Assembly (NCBI RefSeq): GCF_018350175.1
Contig: NC_058368.1
Location: 201,626,001 to 201,690,000, forward strand
Source of the DNA: Felis catus
Taxonomy: Eukaryota
DNA length: 64,000 nucleotides
Reading direction: 5' to 3'
This document shows, in pieces, positions 60,109 through 64,000 of the stretch. The notes beneath the pieces were generated by a model, which worked only from the letters and a program-made list of their open reading frames with translations, had not been told where the DNA came from and did not search any database. Position numbers and translations under genes: made by a program. How positions within the stretch are numbered: position 1 is the stretch's first letter; each line of letters starts with the position of its first letter.

Positions 60109-60469
60109 TATACACTTTGCACACTCATGAGCCTCCAGTGGGGTTCAATTAGTCCTATTGGATCAGGAGCCAAACTTGGCCTCAACTTGAGATCCTGCAT
60201 CAATTGACTGTGGTTTCCATTTTTCTGCCCCTTGATGCTGTAACTGCCCCTGAGACACTGTCACTCCGGCTCTGATGGTCCCTTTCAGCCCTTAATTGTA
60301 CGTTTGTCCTCCAAAGGGGGGGGGGGGGGCGGTGAGTAGGATTTAGCTGTTTCTGCTCCTGTAAGGCTTCCTGTCCTTTAACTACCTATCCACCTGCATT
60401 GCTCCCTAAATGACAAAGACCCACTTTGTACACACAGCTTTTCTCTGGATGCCTATGACTCCAGGTCCT

Positions 60470-60700
60470 TGAGTACCTAAGCTGGACTTTGTTGCCAGAC
60501 TGCCTGTGTGTTAATATTGTCTCTGCAAGTATGAGCAGTGCCATCTTGAATTACTGAGCTTCCTGTGATGGTGTCTCCTTAGCTGCAAAATAAGCAGAAT
60601 GTCACCTACCTCAGAGGAAGGTTAAAGCATCTCTTACTGGACACTGCTTAGATCAGTGTCTGATGCAGAAGCATTTAGTGACTGTAGCTCTGGCTATCAT
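60470..60700 (+). mobile_element. MIR (degenerate)
   Basis: GCCAGACTGCCTG...GCTGCAAAAT...CACCTACCTCAGAGG...TGCTTAGA.CAGTGTCTG. Confidence 0.55.
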
Positions 60701-62049
60701 TGGTGTTTTCTTTATTTTAATGACAGATTATCCCATTTAACTGTGTTTCTGTAACTACGGTGAAAGATCCTCCTCAAAAGCAAGTGCCACATACAGTGTT
60801 TCAAATTCTGAAATTGAGCTTAACTGAGAAAAGGGTGTACTTTCATAGATTATTCTAAAACGGTCATAGTTATATAATCAGCATTCTTAGAGTTTGATGC
60901 AAATGAAGTTCTTTAAACTGACTTTTCCCATAAGGGCGCCAAAACTTGTAAAAAAAAACAATGGTAATCAATCTATTGGGAAGCTTCCTAAAATACTCTT
61001 CTAAACTATTTCCAGAATACTCTCCAAATACTTCTCTAAAATACTTGCTAACATGCTCAACCGCTCTCTAAAAGAGAGGCTACTAAATATAAATTAAATG
61101 AGTTTGACTCATTATTACTAATACAGACGTCCCTCGCTGTGCAGTAATTCTGTTTTGGGACCTCCACACCTCTGTCTTGTCTGTCATTTCTCTTCTAATT
61201 GCATGTTCCTGGAACTGTATCTTCCCGTAAGTCAGAAGGAGAAGATCTAAAGTCTATCCACTGGATAGAATCAACTTCCAAGTAAGAAGCTTGCTCACCA
61301 ACACCATACTGAATGTGGTGGCCTTAGAAAGCACATAATTGGGTTTAGTGAAGAATGGAAAAATAGGTTGAGACCAATGAGGTCACACATGAAGGATGAA
61401 ACAATAAAGTGCTAGTTAGAGGGCAGAGGATTTGCAATCGCTGTTTCAAGTTATCACAGAGTAGTTTAGCTTTATTTTCTTGTTTTGGAACTGTGTTCTG
61501 AAGCCTTGATATTGGCTGTGTGTGAACTATGTAATTCCTTACATTTACATTATGATGTCAGTGTAATGACATCACATTACAGGTTGAGGTTGAGATTGGG
61601 GCGAGTAGTGAAGAAGCCACTTACACCCAAGAACTGTTATCGTTCCATGTCATTGATCATTGTTTATGCTTCCAAACTTCATTCAAAGAAAGGGTTCAGA
61701 AACCCTCTACCTCCAAAATACGAACCATTGCTATAAAATTATGGGGTGGAAATCATGTCTTCTATGATATACAGGGGATTCAACATGTAGTACGGTTCTG
61801 TGCCTCAGGCAGTTGAACACTCACAATGCATACTCATTCTTTGGGAGTGCCTTCTTGCACTCATTAGGTAGTTGTCCGTGGGAAGAGATCGTTCCAGCAC
61901 TGATCATTTCCACATTAAGATGGCTGTATTACAGATCAGTTGACATCACTACCTTCATTCGATGCCTAAGAGAGGTTAACTTACAGCAAAAACGTAAGCC
62001 ATGGTCTTGGACATGGTGTCCACAATGAGCTGTCATCAATGTAGCCACC

Positions 62050-62519
62050 TGTGATGTTTAATTTTATGTGTCAACTTGGCTAGGCTATGGTACATGGTTG
62101 TTTGTTCAAACACCATGTGGCTAGGTGGGGCCATGAAGGAATTTTTTTTAGATGTGATAAACATTTAATTCAGTATACTTTGAGCAAGGCAGATTATCCT
62201 CCCTAATGTGTGTGGCCCTCTTCCAAACAGTTGAAGGTTTTAAGAGAAAAAACTGAGGTCCCCAGAAAAGCAAGGAATTCTGTCTTGGACTGACCTTAAA
62301 TCTAAGATGGCAATGTCAACTTTTCTCTGGATCTCAAGCTTGCCAGCCTGCCCTGCAGACTTTAGACTTACCAGCCTGGCAATCATGTGAGCCAACTCCT
62401 TAAAATAAATAAAGATAGATGACAGATGGATACATAGATGATACATAGGTAGATACATAAATACCTAGATTTTCTATTAGTTCTTATTTCTCTGGAAGGC
62501 TCTAACACAGTCTAATATA
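62050..62519 (+). mobile_element. ERVL solo LTR (MLT2D-like)
   Basis: TGTGATG.TTAATTTTATGTGTCAACTTGGCTAGGC start, AAGGCAGATTA.CCTCC.TAATGTG, AATCATGTGAGCCAA. TSD CCACC/CAACC. Confidence 0.88.
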
Positions 62520-62747
62520 CAACCAAATCTAGCAAATAGCTGCTTCTAATCTGGCTTCTCGCTCTGCTTAAGTGTAGATCTTCCTTGGCAAATATAGAAG
62601 TCTATAAACTGGTGTGTTGCAAATAGCTAGAAGACCAAGTCTTCAATATCTGACCTTAAACAGTCCTCCCTGCTGGGGACACTCCCTTCCAAAAGTACAG
62701 CGTATCACCTGAAGTAAATCAAAATAAATCAGAACAGTAACACTATA

Positions 62748-62957
62748 GGGGTGCCTGGGTAGCTCAGTCCGTTAAGCGTCTGACTCTTGATCTCAGCTCA
62801 GGTCATGATCTCATGGTTGGCAAGTTCGAGCCCCCCATTGGGCTCTCTGCTGACAGTGTGGAGTCTGCTTGGGATTCTCTGTCTCCTCTCTCTGCCCCTC
62901 CTTCCCTCGCGTGCTCTCTCTTTCTCAAAATAAATAAGTAAACTTAAAAAAAAAAAA
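62748..62957 (+). mobile_element. CanSINE
   Basis: Full body. Perfect 17-bp TSD AGAACAGTAACACTATA at 62731-62747 and 62958-62974. Confidence 0.97.
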
Positions 62958-63182
62958 AGAACAGTAACACTATACCTACAGGGTCCTCTAGGATACTTAA
63001 GGACATTAACCCATCCTAGGACAAAGAGGAAAGCTCTTTTAATTTCCAATGATAATGCCACTCTTATCACAAATATGATAGAAAGGCTAATGGACATTTC
63101 AATGTTTATATGAAGAGAAAATCAGGTCCTACTAGAACAGATCTACTGTGGCTACTTGAAGAGGGCTCTACCAAAGCACAGG

Positions 63183-63565
63183 TGTTACAGGCTGAACTGT
63201 GTTTCCCCAAAATGTATATGTTGAAACACTACCTCTAGTATCTCAGAATCTGACTTTATTTAGTGATAGGGCCTTTAAAGAGTTAAGTAAAAATGAGGTT
63301 GTTAGGGTGGGCCTTAATCCAACATGACTTGTAAGAAGATGAGATTTGGACACACAGAGAAACATTAGGGTACACATACCCTGAAGAGAAACCAGGAAAG
63401 AACACGGCGAAAAGACCAGCTGCAAGCCAAGGAGAAAATCCTCAGAATATACCAAACCTGCCGACATCTTGATCTGGTCTCTACAACAGTAAGAAAGTAA
63501 ATTTCTGTGGTTGAAGCCAGCCATTCTGTGGTATTTTGTAATGGCGGCCTTAGCAAACTAATGCA
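63183..63565 (+). mobile_element. MaLR solo LTR (MLT1B-like)
   Basis: TGTTACAGGCTGAACTGTGTT.CCCCAAAAT...GCAAACTAATGCA. Perfect TSD ACAGG at 63178-63182 and 63566-63570. Confidence 0.92.
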
Positions 63566-64000
63566 ACAGGAAATCAAAAGTCTTATTTAAAACTCTACCT
63601 CTATAGAGCATGAAATACTTCTCTTGCTTTTGGTTTTTGGTTTTTGGTTTTCACAAAGAGTTGCAATGTCCTTCTGATAGAATCTTGAGAATCTTTTCAA
63701 ATGATGGAATATTTTGTTAGATAAGTGTCAACTTTTTAGATTGTATCTTCTTAGAATAAGGTGGAAGAACAATGTGGAAAGAAGTTATAATGCCCTGTTC
63801 CAAAAAGCTTGAGGTCTCCTCCAGAAATAGTGTACACTTGGACATAGAGGAGCAAATTGACCAAAGAAAGGTAGAGATTATGTGGTAGGGGAGGAGAGGT
63901 GAAAAGAGAAAATAAAAGTAAGAAATTAAGATAAAGCTGGAGCAGAAAAGCAATCATTCATATCCATTCTAAATCTTTATGCCTGTAAGCACTTAAAGTG

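Noticed and set aside
60988..61050. Loose AAATACT(C)T repeats
   Set aside because: Short, irregular low-complexity sequence with no consistent period.
1..64000. CRISPR arrays, operons, rRNA, snRNA/Y RNA copies, mitochondrial insertions, intact ERV genes
   Set aside because: No regularly spaced repeats or recognisable sequence of these classes seen. The DNA is mammalian and the LTRs are solo or fragmentary.

Overview
Non-coding, AT-rich mammalian genomic DNA, almost certainly from a felid. It carries about 18 tRNA-Lys-derived CanSINEs of the cat SINEC_Fc type, three of them near-identical young copies. I found no protein-coding exon, intact RNA gene or CpG island that I can support. The only recognisable protein sequence is decayed LINE-1 ORF2 at 33.2-34.1 kb. 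The other ORFs in the track are SINE/LTR/low-complexity read-throughs or unrecognised. The window is a layered transposon record: ancient MIR, L2, HAL1, L1M, MaLR/ERVL solo LTRs and MER119, then a Tigger1-derived MITE and carnivore L1 and SINE insertions, many with readable target-site duplications (TSDs). The best-supported oddities are structural: a tandem duplication of a SINE plus ~90 bp of unique flank (45.9-46.5 kb), a 5'-inverted (twin-primed) L1, several nested insertions, a tail-only retroposition and a perfect palindrome inside an LTR. Several repeat-free islands carry motif clusters suggesting enhancers (18, 24.7, 30.5, 36.5, 45.6 and 50.7-51.1 kb), and one carries a 37-codon strong-Kozak small ORF; these are hypotheses only. 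I cannot support a claim of a new biological system. Subfamily names come from recalled consensus sequences rather than a search, and boundaries of ancient repeats are approximate.
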